Positions 1 to 8,092 of a stretch of 62,953 nucleotides of DNA are shown piece by piece. Each line of letters opens with the position of its first letter. Position 1 is the first letter of the stretch. Both the position numbers and the translations under genes were made by a program. Origin of the DNA: Candidatus Pacearchaeota archaeon. Its GTDB lineage: Archaea > Nanobdellota > Nanobdellia > Pacearchaeales > GW2011-AR1. The stretch lies in NCBI GenBank assembly GCA_017609085.1, contig JAFCEO010000001.1, positions 1 to 62,953 on the forward strand, given 5' to 3'. Under the pieces are notes generated by a model. It ran no database searches and had not been told where the DNA came from. It worked only from the letters and a program-made list of their open reading frames with translations.

Positions 1-13
1 TGTTTTTATTATT

Positions 14-1012
14 ATGGGGCTCCAAATAGGGAACCTAGTTCCACGAAAAAGCATAGAAATTTCAGATTTAAAAGGAAAAACATTGGCGGTTGACGCATTC
101 AATACAATTTATCAGTTTTTATCTACTATTAGACAGCCAGATGGAACTCCTTTGATGGACAAAAAGAAAAGGATTACTAGCCATTTATCCGGCTTATTTT
201 ATAGAAACATTAATCTTTTGAAAGAAGGTATAAAATTAATTTATGTTTTTGACGGCAAAGCTCCAAGATTAAAAGCAGGAACACACGAGAAAAGGCAAGA
301 GATTAAAGATAAAGCTTTTCAAAAATATGAAAAAGCTAAAGAAAAAGAAGATATTGAAGAGATGGCCAAGTATGCTAAACAACTTGCTTCTTTAGATGAA
401 GAGAAAATTCGCGAAAGTAAAGAATTGTTAGAAGCAATGGGTATAGCTGTTATTCAAGCACCCGGAGAAGGAGAAGCAGAAGCTGCATGGCTGGCTCGTC
501 AACAAAAAGTTTTTGCTGTAGCTTCTCAAGACTATGACAGCTTGTTATTTGGAGCCCCCAGACTTATACAAAACTTAACTCTTTCAAGAAAAAGAAAGAC
601 TTTTTCTGGTTATGTAAGTGTAGGACCTGAAATTATAGAATTAGAAAAGGTTTTAAACACTTTGCAAATAGATTTAGAACAATTAATCTGCCTCGGCATT
701 TTGTCAGGAACAGACTACAACCCTGGTGGAGTTAGAGGAATCGGACCTAAAAAAGCTCTTGACATCGTGAAGAGGAAAAAAGCTCCAGCGCTTATTTTTA
801 AAGAGTTTGATTTGAATTTTGATTGGCAAGAAGTGTTCGAATTATTTAAGAATCCTGATATTCTTCCCGTCGAGGTAAAATTTCCAAAAATCAATCAAGA
901 GAAAATTAAAGAGCTTTTATTAGACCATGACTTTAACGAAGAACGGGTAGATTCTGCTTTAAAAAAATTGGAAGAAGCAAGAGAGAAAGCTAAGCAAACC
1001 ACTTTATTTTAA
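14..1012 (+). CDS. fen: Flap endonuclease 1 (FEN-1), archaeal type
   Basis: 332-aa ORF. XPG-N start MGLQIGNLV..AVDAFNTIYQF, acidic metal site GEGEAEAAW, H3TH GIGPKKAL, C-terminal PCNA-box-like QTTLF. Confidence 0.95.
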   Translation: MGLQIGNLVPRKSIEISDLKGKTLAVDAFNTIYQFLSTIRQPDGTPLMDKKKRITSHLSGLFYRNINLLKEGIKLIYVFDGKAPRLKAGTHEKRQEIKDKAFQKYEKAKEKEDIEEMAKYAKQLASLDEEKIRESKELLEAMGIAVIQAPGEGEAEAAWLARQQKVFAVASQDYDSLLFGAPRLIQNLTLSRKRKTFSGYVSVGPEIIELEKVLNTLQIDLEQLICLGILSGTDYNPGGVRGIGPKKALDIVKRKKAPALIFKEFDLNFDWQEVFELFKNPDILPVEVKFPKINQEKIKELLLDHDFNEERVDSALKKLEEAREKAKQTTLF

Positions 1013-1031
1013 AACTATTTTTCAAATCTCC

Positions 1032-1733
1032 TCAATGATTTTCTTCATCATAACTTTCTAATTCCTTCTCAGCTATTTCTCCCATTGCTTGAATAGCTTT
1101 TTCTGCTCTTTCTGTTTTCTCTTTTTCTGATTCTTTTTCCCATTGTTTCATTAATCTGCTATAAATTATTATTATAATTACTGTGATTATAATTGCCACC
1201 CAGACAAGCCATATATTAGAAAGGACTGTCGTTAAAATATCTACTGCTTTAGTAATTGTTCCTGTCAATCCTATAATTGAAGAGATAATTATTGAAACCA
1301 CGAGGGCTAATATAGAATTAAAATCTATAAAAGCTTTTACAGGATGGTAAATTAAAATTATTAACAAAATCCAAATTCCTAATGAAAAAATAAAAGCCCA
1401 GGACCAAGAAAAAGGAATTCCAAAAATTGATTTCCAGAAGGGATTAAAAAAGGCAAAAAATTCATTTGTATAAAATAAAAAAGGTCCTAAGATTTTGTTT
1501 TTAGCCAGAATTTTTGTCCATTCTTGTTTTAAATATTCTTTTCTTTGCTCTTCTTCCGATAATTTGTCTGCTGTTTCTTTGAATTTATCAAAACTTCGAG
1601 GTAATCCTGTTTCTGGATTAAGTTCGCCAGAAGGAATTCCTGCAGGAATAGGTGATGTTTGTGCTTTTACTATAATAATCGAGGAGATAGTTAATAATAA
1701 AAATGCCAATAACAAGATACCTATTTTTCTCAT
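1032..1733 (-). CDS. Membrane protein: signal peptide, several TM helices, charged C-terminal tail
   Basis: 233-aa ORF. N-terminal signal ..IIIVKAQ, hydrophobic core, KE-rich tail. Same architecture as the two neighbouring ORFs. Confidence 0.6.
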   Translation of the reverse strand: MRKIGILLLAFLLLTISSIIIVKAQTSPIPAGIPSGELNPETGLPRSFDKFKETADKLSEEEQRKEYLKQEWTKILAKNKILGPFLFYTNEFFAFFNPFWKSIFGIPFSWSWAFIFSLGIWILLIILIYHPVKAFIDFNSILALVVSIIISSIIGLTGTITKAVDILTTVLSNIWLVWVAIIITVIIIIIYSRLMKQWEKESEKEKTERAEKAIQAMGEIAEKELESYDEENH

Positions 1734-1776
1734 AAAAAGATAAGAAGAGAGATATTTTTAAATGTTTTACTTTTTT

Positions 1777-2472
1777 TTAAACATTATAGCCTTCTATTTC
1801 TTCTTTTTGAAGTTGGTGTAATAGTTTTCCTCTCGTAGTAGTTTTTTCTCCTTTTTCTTTCAAAGCAGACATTTGGCCCTTTATAACCAAATTTCTTAAA
1901 GGACCTACAAAGATTATCATAAGAATCCCTGCCACTATCGCTCCAATGTATGGCAATGTATCTCCGGACCAGAAACCAGCTTTAGATGCGAATATCTCGT
2001 AGAGATATAAAGCAAAATAATATACTACAAAAAAAATCCAAACAATATGGGCAAGTAATCTGCTATTCACTTTTAATGTAAAAAATACTAGAATAGCAAA
2101 AGGAATAAGAGAAAGTAGCGCAGCGCCCATAGCACCATAAGTCGTTCTTATCGCTTCCAAGAAATTTGAAGGTATCGCCAACAAAGCTAATCCAGTAATT
2201 ATTATACTTGTTGCTAATGTTAATATTTTCTTCCCTTCAAAAAAGGAATCCATAACAGAATAGATTAATAAAAATAGTAAAAATGCAAGAAAAACTCTTG
2301 ACAACATTTCTTTTTCACCAAACAATGGCTGTAAAAAAGAAGAAATCCCTTCTCCTATTCCTACCAACACATTTTTAGTTCCTTCAGCAATCTCTTCTGA
2401 AGCAGGTTGTGCTAAAACTAAGGTTGTAATTAATAGTAAACTAATACTTAATCCTAATACGCTCTTTTTCAT
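1777..2472 (-). CDS. Membrane protein, paralog of 2620-3387
   Basis: 231-aa ORF. Signal ..TLVLAQP, then about 5 TM helices and a charged tail. Region ISSFLQPLFGE..LLFLLIYSV aligns by eye with ILTPIFEALLG..LLFFVIFTV of the next gene. Confidence 0.6.
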   Translation of the reverse strand: MKKSVLGLSISLLLITTLVLAQPASEEIAEGTKNVLVGIGEGISSFLQPLFGEKEMLSRVFLAFLLFLLIYSVMDSFFEGKKILTLATSIIITGLALLAIPSNFLEAIRTTYGAMGAALLSLIPFAILVFFTLKVNSRLLAHIVWIFFVVYYFALYLYEIFASKAGFWSGDTLPYIGAIVAGILMIIFVGPLRNLVIKGQMSALKEKGEKTTTRGKLLHQLQKEEIEGYNV

Positions 2473-2619
2473 ACCCCTTTAAAATTCTCAATATTTATAA
2501 ACTTTTTCTTTTAAAATTAATTTAATTTTAGTAATAAACTTTAAAAGAAAATATTTTTAAAGACAGTTTTCTTTTTTTTGAAGAAAAGAAACTTGAAAAA
2601 CAAGTTTTTAATTTTAAAA

Positions 2620-3387
2620 ATGAACAAAAAGAGAGGATTAGCTTTAGGATTAATTATAATCTTGAGTGTTCTTCCTTTAGTAAGTGCCCAAATTCTCCCT
2701 TATGATTGGGGCTCGACTTTTAGACAAGCTATTGAGAATGTTGAAGATATTTTAACTCCAATATTTGAAGCTTTACTTGGAACTGGATCGGGAGAGTATT
2801 TCTTTGCAAAAGTTTTACTGTTTTTATTATTGTTCTTTGTGATATTTACAGTGGTGGGTAAAATTCCTAATTTAGGAGACAATGCCGCTGTTGTTTTTAT
2901 TATTGCAACAGTCGTTTCGATCCTTTCTATAAGATATTTGCCTGAAGATACTTTTATTCTAGCACTGATGTTGCCTTACTCTACTATGGGTATGGCTATA
3001 GCCGTATTTTTGCCTTTTTTAATCTACTTTTTTTTTGTCCATACTTCTGTTCCAGGAACTTTTGGTAGAAGAATTGCATGGATCGTTTTTGGCATAGTCT
3101 TTTTATTCTTATGGATTGTGAGGGGGGCCGAGCTTGGAAGTGCGAATTGGGTGTATGCTGCAGGAGTTGGAGCAGTCTTTATATCCTTTCTTTTTGATTC
3201 TTCAGTTCATAGATATTTCCAATATGCAGGATTAAGTAGGGCCGTAAGTAAAGAAAAAGAAAGGATTAGAAGAGATATTAAGAGAGAAATGTTCCAATTG
3301 GCTGAAGATTGGAAAAGGGGAATTATCAGCAAATCAGAGTATAACTCTGCTGTGAAAGATTTAAAAAGAAAATACAAGTCTTTATGA
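2620..3387 (+). CDS. Membrane protein, paralog of 1777-2472
   Basis: The track ORF starts at TTG 2578. ATG at 2620 gives MNKKRGLALGLIIILSVLPLVSAQ (signal peptide), then multi-TM and a charged coiled tail. Confidence 0.6.
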   Translation: MNKKRGLALGLIIILSVLPLVSAQILPYDWGSTFRQAIENVEDILTPIFEALLGTGSGEYFFAKVLLFLLLFFVIFTVVGKIPNLGDNAAVVFIIATVVSILSIRYLPEDTFILALMLPYSTMGMAIAVFLPFLIYFFFVHTSVPGTFGRRIAWIVFGIVFLFLWIVRGAELGSANWVYAAGVGAVFISFLFDSSVHRYFQYAGLSRAVSKEKERIRRDIKREMFQLAEDWKRGIISKSEYNSAVKDLKRKYKSL

Positions 3388-3456
3388 TTTTTGATGCATT
3401 GTTAAGTTAGAGGGAGTTTTCGATAGATTTTTATAAAGAAATATTTTAACATTATT

Positions 3457-3789
3457 ATGGACAAGAAAAAAATAATCCCTTCTTCAGCTGAGATTGTTGA
3501 AGAAGCTAATAAAAGTAATCCAGAAGCAGATATTAATGAGATACATTCCAAAACTTTTGAATTGATTAAAAAATATAGAGGGGAATATTACAAGAATAAG
3601 GTTAAAATTCTTCTCTCTAGAGATAGTTTATCAAATATCCCGGAAGAGATAAAAATTAAGATAGAAAAAGAATTGTTAAAACCAATAAAAGTCGGTGATA
3701 AAAAATATAGCAACTTTATGGAAGAAACATCAAGAAGAATCAGCCAGACATTTCAAGGTATTTCTGGAAATATTGCAGAATTATGTTGA
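3457..3789 (+). CDS. Hypothetical 110-aa ORF, possibly the N-terminal part of the decayed transposase
   Basis: Same reading frame as the transposase remnant 3838-4275, separated only by in-frame TGA (3787) and TAA (3835). No recognisable motif. Confidence 0.35.
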   Translation: MDKKKIIPSSAEIVEEANKSNPEADINEIHSKTFELIKKYRGEYYKNKVKILLSRDSLSNIPEEIKIKIEKELLKPIKVGDKKYSNFMEETSRRISQTFQGISGNIAELC

Positions 3790-3837
3790 AAGAGAATTAA
3801 TAAAAGTCGGATTAAGGTTAGGAGTACATTATATTAA

Positions 3838-4275
3838 AAAAGCAGAAGAACAGATTTCATAATTTATTATCCTCAAAAACAGGGCTTTAAGAAAAAACAT
3901 AGAATTGAAGTAAAAAATGTTAAAGTAAGAGAAAAGGAAGCAATTAAGAGAATTTTAAAGAATATCAAAGTTAAAGCTGAAAATGAAATTAAAGTAATTA
4001 CAGCAGACGGATTAACAGCTTATACGAATATTGTTAAAAAAACTTTTGGCTACAATAATAAGTTAGGAAGATATGTTATAAGGTTGCATAATACAATTAG
4101 ACATAGGACTAAAACTTTTCGTGGCTTTCATGGTTCTTTGGATAGTGTTAAAGCGATAATGAAGGGGTTTGAGATTTATTATAATTTTATAAGGAAACAT
4201 CAAGGAATTGGTTGTTGTCCTTATGAATTAGCTGTTCCTGATTTAGAATTAGGTAAGAATAAATGGTTAATTTGA
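3838..4275 (+). pseudogene. DDE transposase remnant (IS6/IS240-like), N-terminally truncated
   Basis: Open frame without a start codon: ..IKVITADGLTAYTNIV..RLHNTIRHRTKTFRGFHGSLDSVKAIMKGFEIYYNFIRKHQGIG. It keeps the second-D TADGxxAY motif and the C-terminal YNFxRxHQ motif. The first catalytic D region is missing and the NNxIE segment is collapsed. Confidence 0.6.
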
Positions 4276-4391
4276 TTAAATTATCAAAGATTAAGAATTA
4301 GAGAGAAAAAGACAATCTATCAAAAGATATTTTTATTTTTAAATATCAATAACGCCTAAATCTTTTATATCAAATTTTCTTTCGATGATAC

Positions 4392-4847
4392 TTAACTCAC
4401 AGAGGAATTATTTTTTCTTATCCAATCATAAATTGCAATGTTTCCAGCAACAGCCGCATTTAAACATTCAACGCCTCCATACTGGGGGATATACATCTTA
4501 GAAATAGATCTATCTAAAATTTTTTGAGGAATACCCGATCCTTCATTCCCCATAACTAACATTGTATTTTTGGAGTGTTCATATTCAAAAATATTTCTAG
4601 AATCTTTTCCTATCTCAACAGAAACTATATTATAATTATTTTCTCTACAATACTTGATGAACTCGTCAGAAGTTCTCATTTTAACAACTTTAATTTTAGA
4701 ATGCGCCCCTGTTGCAGCCCCCCTATTCTATTTTTTCTTACCAACAATAATTATCTCCTTTAGGTTTGCGGCACTCGCTGTTCTCACTAAACCCCCAATA
4801 TTTGTTTCGTTCTCAAAATTCATTACAGCTACAGCAAGATTATTCAT
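4392..4847 (-). pseudogene. SpoU/TrmH-family RNA 2'-O-methyltransferase interrupted by one in-frame TAG
   Basis: ATG at 4847 gives MNNLAVAVMNFENETNIGGLVRTASAANLKEIIIVGKKK-TAG(4730-4728)-NRGAATGAHSKIKVVK, continuing in the same frame into track ORF 4392-4679. SpoU motifs LVMGNEGSGIP and IPQYGGVECLNAAVAG are present. Confidence 0.7.
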
Positions 4848-5290
4848 TTTTCTCCTTTCTATAATCTTTAATAGTAAATTTTTTGAAATATGTTTCTTTA
4901 TTTAAGGCTTTTTCTAATACCTTTTTTAAAAGTTTTTTATCATCATCCCATCTAATTATCTTAGTAAAATTATCGATATCTAACCACTTATATTTTGAAT
5001 GTTCTTCATTTAAAATAATCTTCCCAGGTTTTATAAAAGATACAAAGTTATATTCCTCGCAAATATCTCCTTTCCAATCGTATATAGAATCCCAATTTAA
5101 TGCAAAAATTTCTTCGACTAATAAGCCAGTTCTTCTTTAACCTCTCTTTTAACCGCGTCTTCAGCTGATTCTCCTCTTTCAATTGCTCCTGTCACAGCAA
5201 ACCATCCCCCCTATGTTCAAGATGTGGTTTACTATAAAGAGCTAATATCTTTTTTCCGTGAACAACAAAAGTTAATATTTTCTTCTGCAT
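4840..5290 (-). pseudogene. Nudix hydrolase with two frameshifts
   Basis: ATG at 5290 gives MQKKILTFVVHGKKILALYSKPH... A perfect Nudix box GAIERGESAEDAVKREVKEE(T)GL is recovered only after a shift at the C6 run 5206-5211 and a second shift near 5128-5136. The C-terminal part reads ..YKWLDIDNF.. and stops at 4840, overlapping the SpoU start. Confidence 0.7.
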
Positions 5291-5342
5291 TTTCAACAAA
5301 AGATTAGAAAGGTTTTTATATTTAATCCTTATCTTAAATTTT

Positions 5343-6346
5343 ATGTTAATAAAACCAAATAAATTACAGAAAGGAGATATTATTGCAATAATTTCACCTT
5401 CGGCAGGATTGGGAAAACGATATCCTCATAGAATTGACAATGCTATTAAATTTCTAGAGTCTCAAGGATATAAAGTAAAAGAGTTCCCATCTACTAGAAA
5501 AAGTAGTGGTTGGGAATCTGCTCCTGCAGAAGAACGGGCAAAAGATATAATGGGTGCTTTTCTTGATAAAGAAGTAAAAGCAATAATTTCATCTATCGGT
5601 GGAACAGTAGCAATACAAACTTTAAAATATTTAGATTTTGAAAAAATAAAAGAAAATCCTAAAATATTTTGTGGATATTCTGATATTTCTAATTTACATT
5701 ATGCATTTCTTACACAAGCAAATTTGATAACATTTTATGGACCCTGTGCAATGACCCAGTTTGGAGAGTATCCAAAACCATTAAGTTATACTCTCGAATA
5801 TTTCAATAAAGCAGTAACATCTGAAAAACCAATAGGTAAAATTATTCCATCTAATGGAGTAAAAAATTGGATTTAACAAGGCCCAGGAAGTTAAAGAAAA
5901 ATAAAGGATTTGAATGGTTGAGAAAAGGAAAAGCAGAAGGAGAGATTATTGGAGGATGCTTGACTTCTATTGTTCATCTTCCTGGAACTAAATACTGGCC
6001 GGATTATAAAGGTAAAATTTTATTTTTAGAGTTACCTGAAGGCCAAAAATTTGATCAGGGAGAACCTCTCCCTTATGTTGATTGGTATCTGGAACAATTA
6101 AATATTTTAGGAGTTTTTAATCAAATTAAGGGTTTAATTTTTGGTAGACCATTTAAATATAGCGAAGATGACACGGAAATGCTGAAGAAAAAAATATTAG
6201 AGAGAACCGAAGATTATAATTTTCCAATTTTGTTTGGAGTGGATATTGGACACACAGACCCTATGATTACAATTCCGATAGGAACGAGGGTTATGATTAA
6301 TTCTGAAACAAACATTTTTGAATTTTTAGAAAGGGGGGTAAGTTAA
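5343..6346 (+). pseudogene. S66 serine peptidase (MccF / LD-carboxypeptidase LdcA family), split by a frameshift in an A6 run
   Basis: Track ORFs 5343-5876 and 5867-6346 are the N and C halves of one S66 protein. The nucleophile motif CGYSDISNLH is in the first half and the His motif DIGHTDP in the second. The shift lies at A6 5861-5866. Confidence 0.75.
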
Positions 6347-7263
6347 TAATTATTTAAATGTGGAGAGATTATTTTATTTTTCTTTATTTCTTTCAAATAA
6401 TGTCTTTTTCCTATGAAGTACCCAATTGTAAAGGATGTTAATTTAGCCACCTGATAGATATACTCAAAAAAATTTATTTTCCCAAATCTTAAAGTAAAAA
6501 GATTTTTCCATAGTGCTAATGGAGAAAATTCCTTCTTGAATAAGTCGGGTCTTTCATATTTAATATGAATAGAAGCTTTTCCAAATTTATTATATCTTTT
6601 TAATTCTCCAATTAAACTTGGATATTTATGATAGACTATCACACTATCATCAAAGGTTATTTTTAATTTGTGTTGTTTAAACCTGTCCATGAGTATTAGA
6701 CTTTCTGCACCTGAAGAATAAAAATGTTTTAAATTATAACCCTCAATTTTAAAGTAGGCCTTCTTTTTGAATACTAAATTTTTGCCATCGGCCTGTTTTT
6801 GCTTATAAAATCTTATTTTATCCCACTCGCTTTCAGATAAAGAAAACCAATCTCTGTTAAAAGGCATAAAGTAGGCTCCCTGGATAACATCTGGAGATCT
6901 GTTCTTTAAAATAGAATGGTATATTCTTATAAGCCAATTCTTTTTTACGGTACAATCAGAGTCTATCAAAGCGACATAGTTATATTTAGCTAATTTGATT
7001 GCTTTATTTCTTACATAACTCAAACCCAATGGTCTCACCCTAATATGGGTAATATATTCTAAATTTAAATCTTTAACCATATTAGCAACTTCTTCACTTG
7101 TAGAATTATCCGCAATGATCACTTCAATTTGTGGATAAAAATTATTTTCTTTGTAGAAAGATTCTATAGATTTATCTATTGATCTTATCGTAGCATCTAA
7201 ATTTTTTGCGTTATTAAAAGATGGAACGATGATGCTCAAAGCAAACTTCTTATTAATTTTCAT
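6343..7263 (-). CDS. Family 2 glycosyltransferase
   Basis: 306 aa. LSIIVPSFNNAKNL N-terminal GT-A motif and DSD (DxD). Its start overlaps the upstream methyltransferase gene. Confidence 0.8.
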   Translation of the reverse strand: MKINKKFALSIIVPSFNNAKNLDATIRSIDKSIESFYKENNFYPQIEVIIADNSTSEEVANMVKDLNLEYITHIRVRPLGLSYVRNKAIKLAKYNYVALIDSDCTVKKNWLIRIYHSILKNRSPDVIQGAYFMPFNRDWFSLSESEWDKIRFYKQKQADGKNLVFKKKAYFKIEGYNLKHFYSSGAESLILMDRFKQHKLKITFDDSVIVYHKYPSLIGELKRYNKFGKASIHIKYERPDLFKKEFSPLALWKNLFTLRFGKINFFEYIYQVAKLTSFTIGYFIGKRHYLKEIKKNKIISPHLNNY

Positions 7264-8092
7264 TTAGAGGTTCAGAGGTATATAATTCAGGATCCTCCCA
7301 TAATTTTCTTTTAGATAAAATAAATATAGTATACCCCATATATGATAAATTATTGCGAAATAGAAACATAAAATTCTTATAAGTCTCTGATAATTTCTCA
7401 TAAGTTTCTTTTTTTAAATTTTGTAAATGCCTTCTCTTAAGGATATTAGCACAAAATTCTGAGATTTTCCTATCTTCTATATAACTGAATTTAAAATCTT
7501 TTGACCAATATATTTCCAATCTCGGTATTAAAAAGAAATCTATCCAATCCTGTTTATATTTTGGGGCAATATTGACTTTAATGGCTTCAGAGACTTTTTT
7601 TATAATCTCCTTTGGGGGCTCTTTTATATAATACATTGGTATGGCGACAATAAATCCATTTTTTTTAGAAACGCGCATGCATTCGTCTAAGGCTCTTTTC
7701 TTATTTTTCACTAAGGAAAAAACATTTCCCACTATAACAACATCAAAAGTTTCTGAATCGAATGGTAAAGAGCTCACATCAGCTTTAATAAATTCTATAT
7801 TATCATAATCTTCTTCACTTGCCCTTCTTTTAGCTTCTTTTAAACTCTCTTCATTTATGTCTATCGAAGTTATTCTACATTTAACCAATCTACTTATCTC
7901 TATTGGTGTAAACCCAGTGCTAGTTCCTATTTCCAAAATCCTACTTTTTTCTGTTAAATGAAGCCTATTAATAACTTCAAACACACTATTCCTCCCTCCC
8001 GGAGGACGATTAGTTTCTTTTACAATTCCAATTATTTGATTGTAATCCATTTTTTCTATATCTTCTACTGTGAAATCTTTAATTCCTTTCAT
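7253..8092 (-). CDS. Class I SAM-dependent methyltransferase
   Basis: 279 aa. Motif I RILEIGTSTGF, acidic motif II SIDIN, motif III DVVIVGNVF. Overlaps both neighbours, so it is translationally coupled. Confidence 0.8.
   Translation of the reverse strand: MKGIKDFTVEDIEKMDYNQIIGIVKETNRPPGGRNSVFEVINRLHLTEKSRILEIGTSTGFTPIEISRLVKCRITSIDINEESLKEAKRRASEEDYDNIEFIKADVSSLPFDSETFDVVIVGNVFSLVKNKKRALDECMRVSKKNGFIVAIPMYYIKEPPKEIIKKVSEAIKVNIAPKYKQDWIDFFLIPRLEIYWSKDFKFSYIEDRKISEFCANILKRRHLQNLKKETYEKLSETYKNFMFLFRNNLSYMGYTIFILSKRKLWEDPELYTSEPLNEN

Larger units (their letters stand above)
3417..4327 (+). mobile_element. Decayed IS6/IS240-like insertion sequence (about 0.9 kb) with possible imperfect terminal inverted repeats
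   Basis: TTTTCGATAGATT at 3417-3429 versus AATCTATCAAAAG at 4315-4327 (reverse complement CTTTTGATAGATT; 12 of the 13 left-repeat bases match, with one base absent from the right copy). These bracket a single reading frame carrying transposase motifs and interrupted by in-frame stops. The size fits the IS6 family. Confidence 0.35.

Noticed and set aside
3787-4730. Stop-codon reassignment as an explanation for the in-frame TGA (3787), TAA (3835) and TAG (4730)
   Set aside because: All three stop codons terminate well-supported genes elsewhere in the window. TAA ends most genes, TGA ends the thermosome and sigma-like genes, and TAG ends 38410, 61319 and 62701. The three in-frame stops also cluster in an otherwise decayed region, so pseudogenisation is the simpler explanation.
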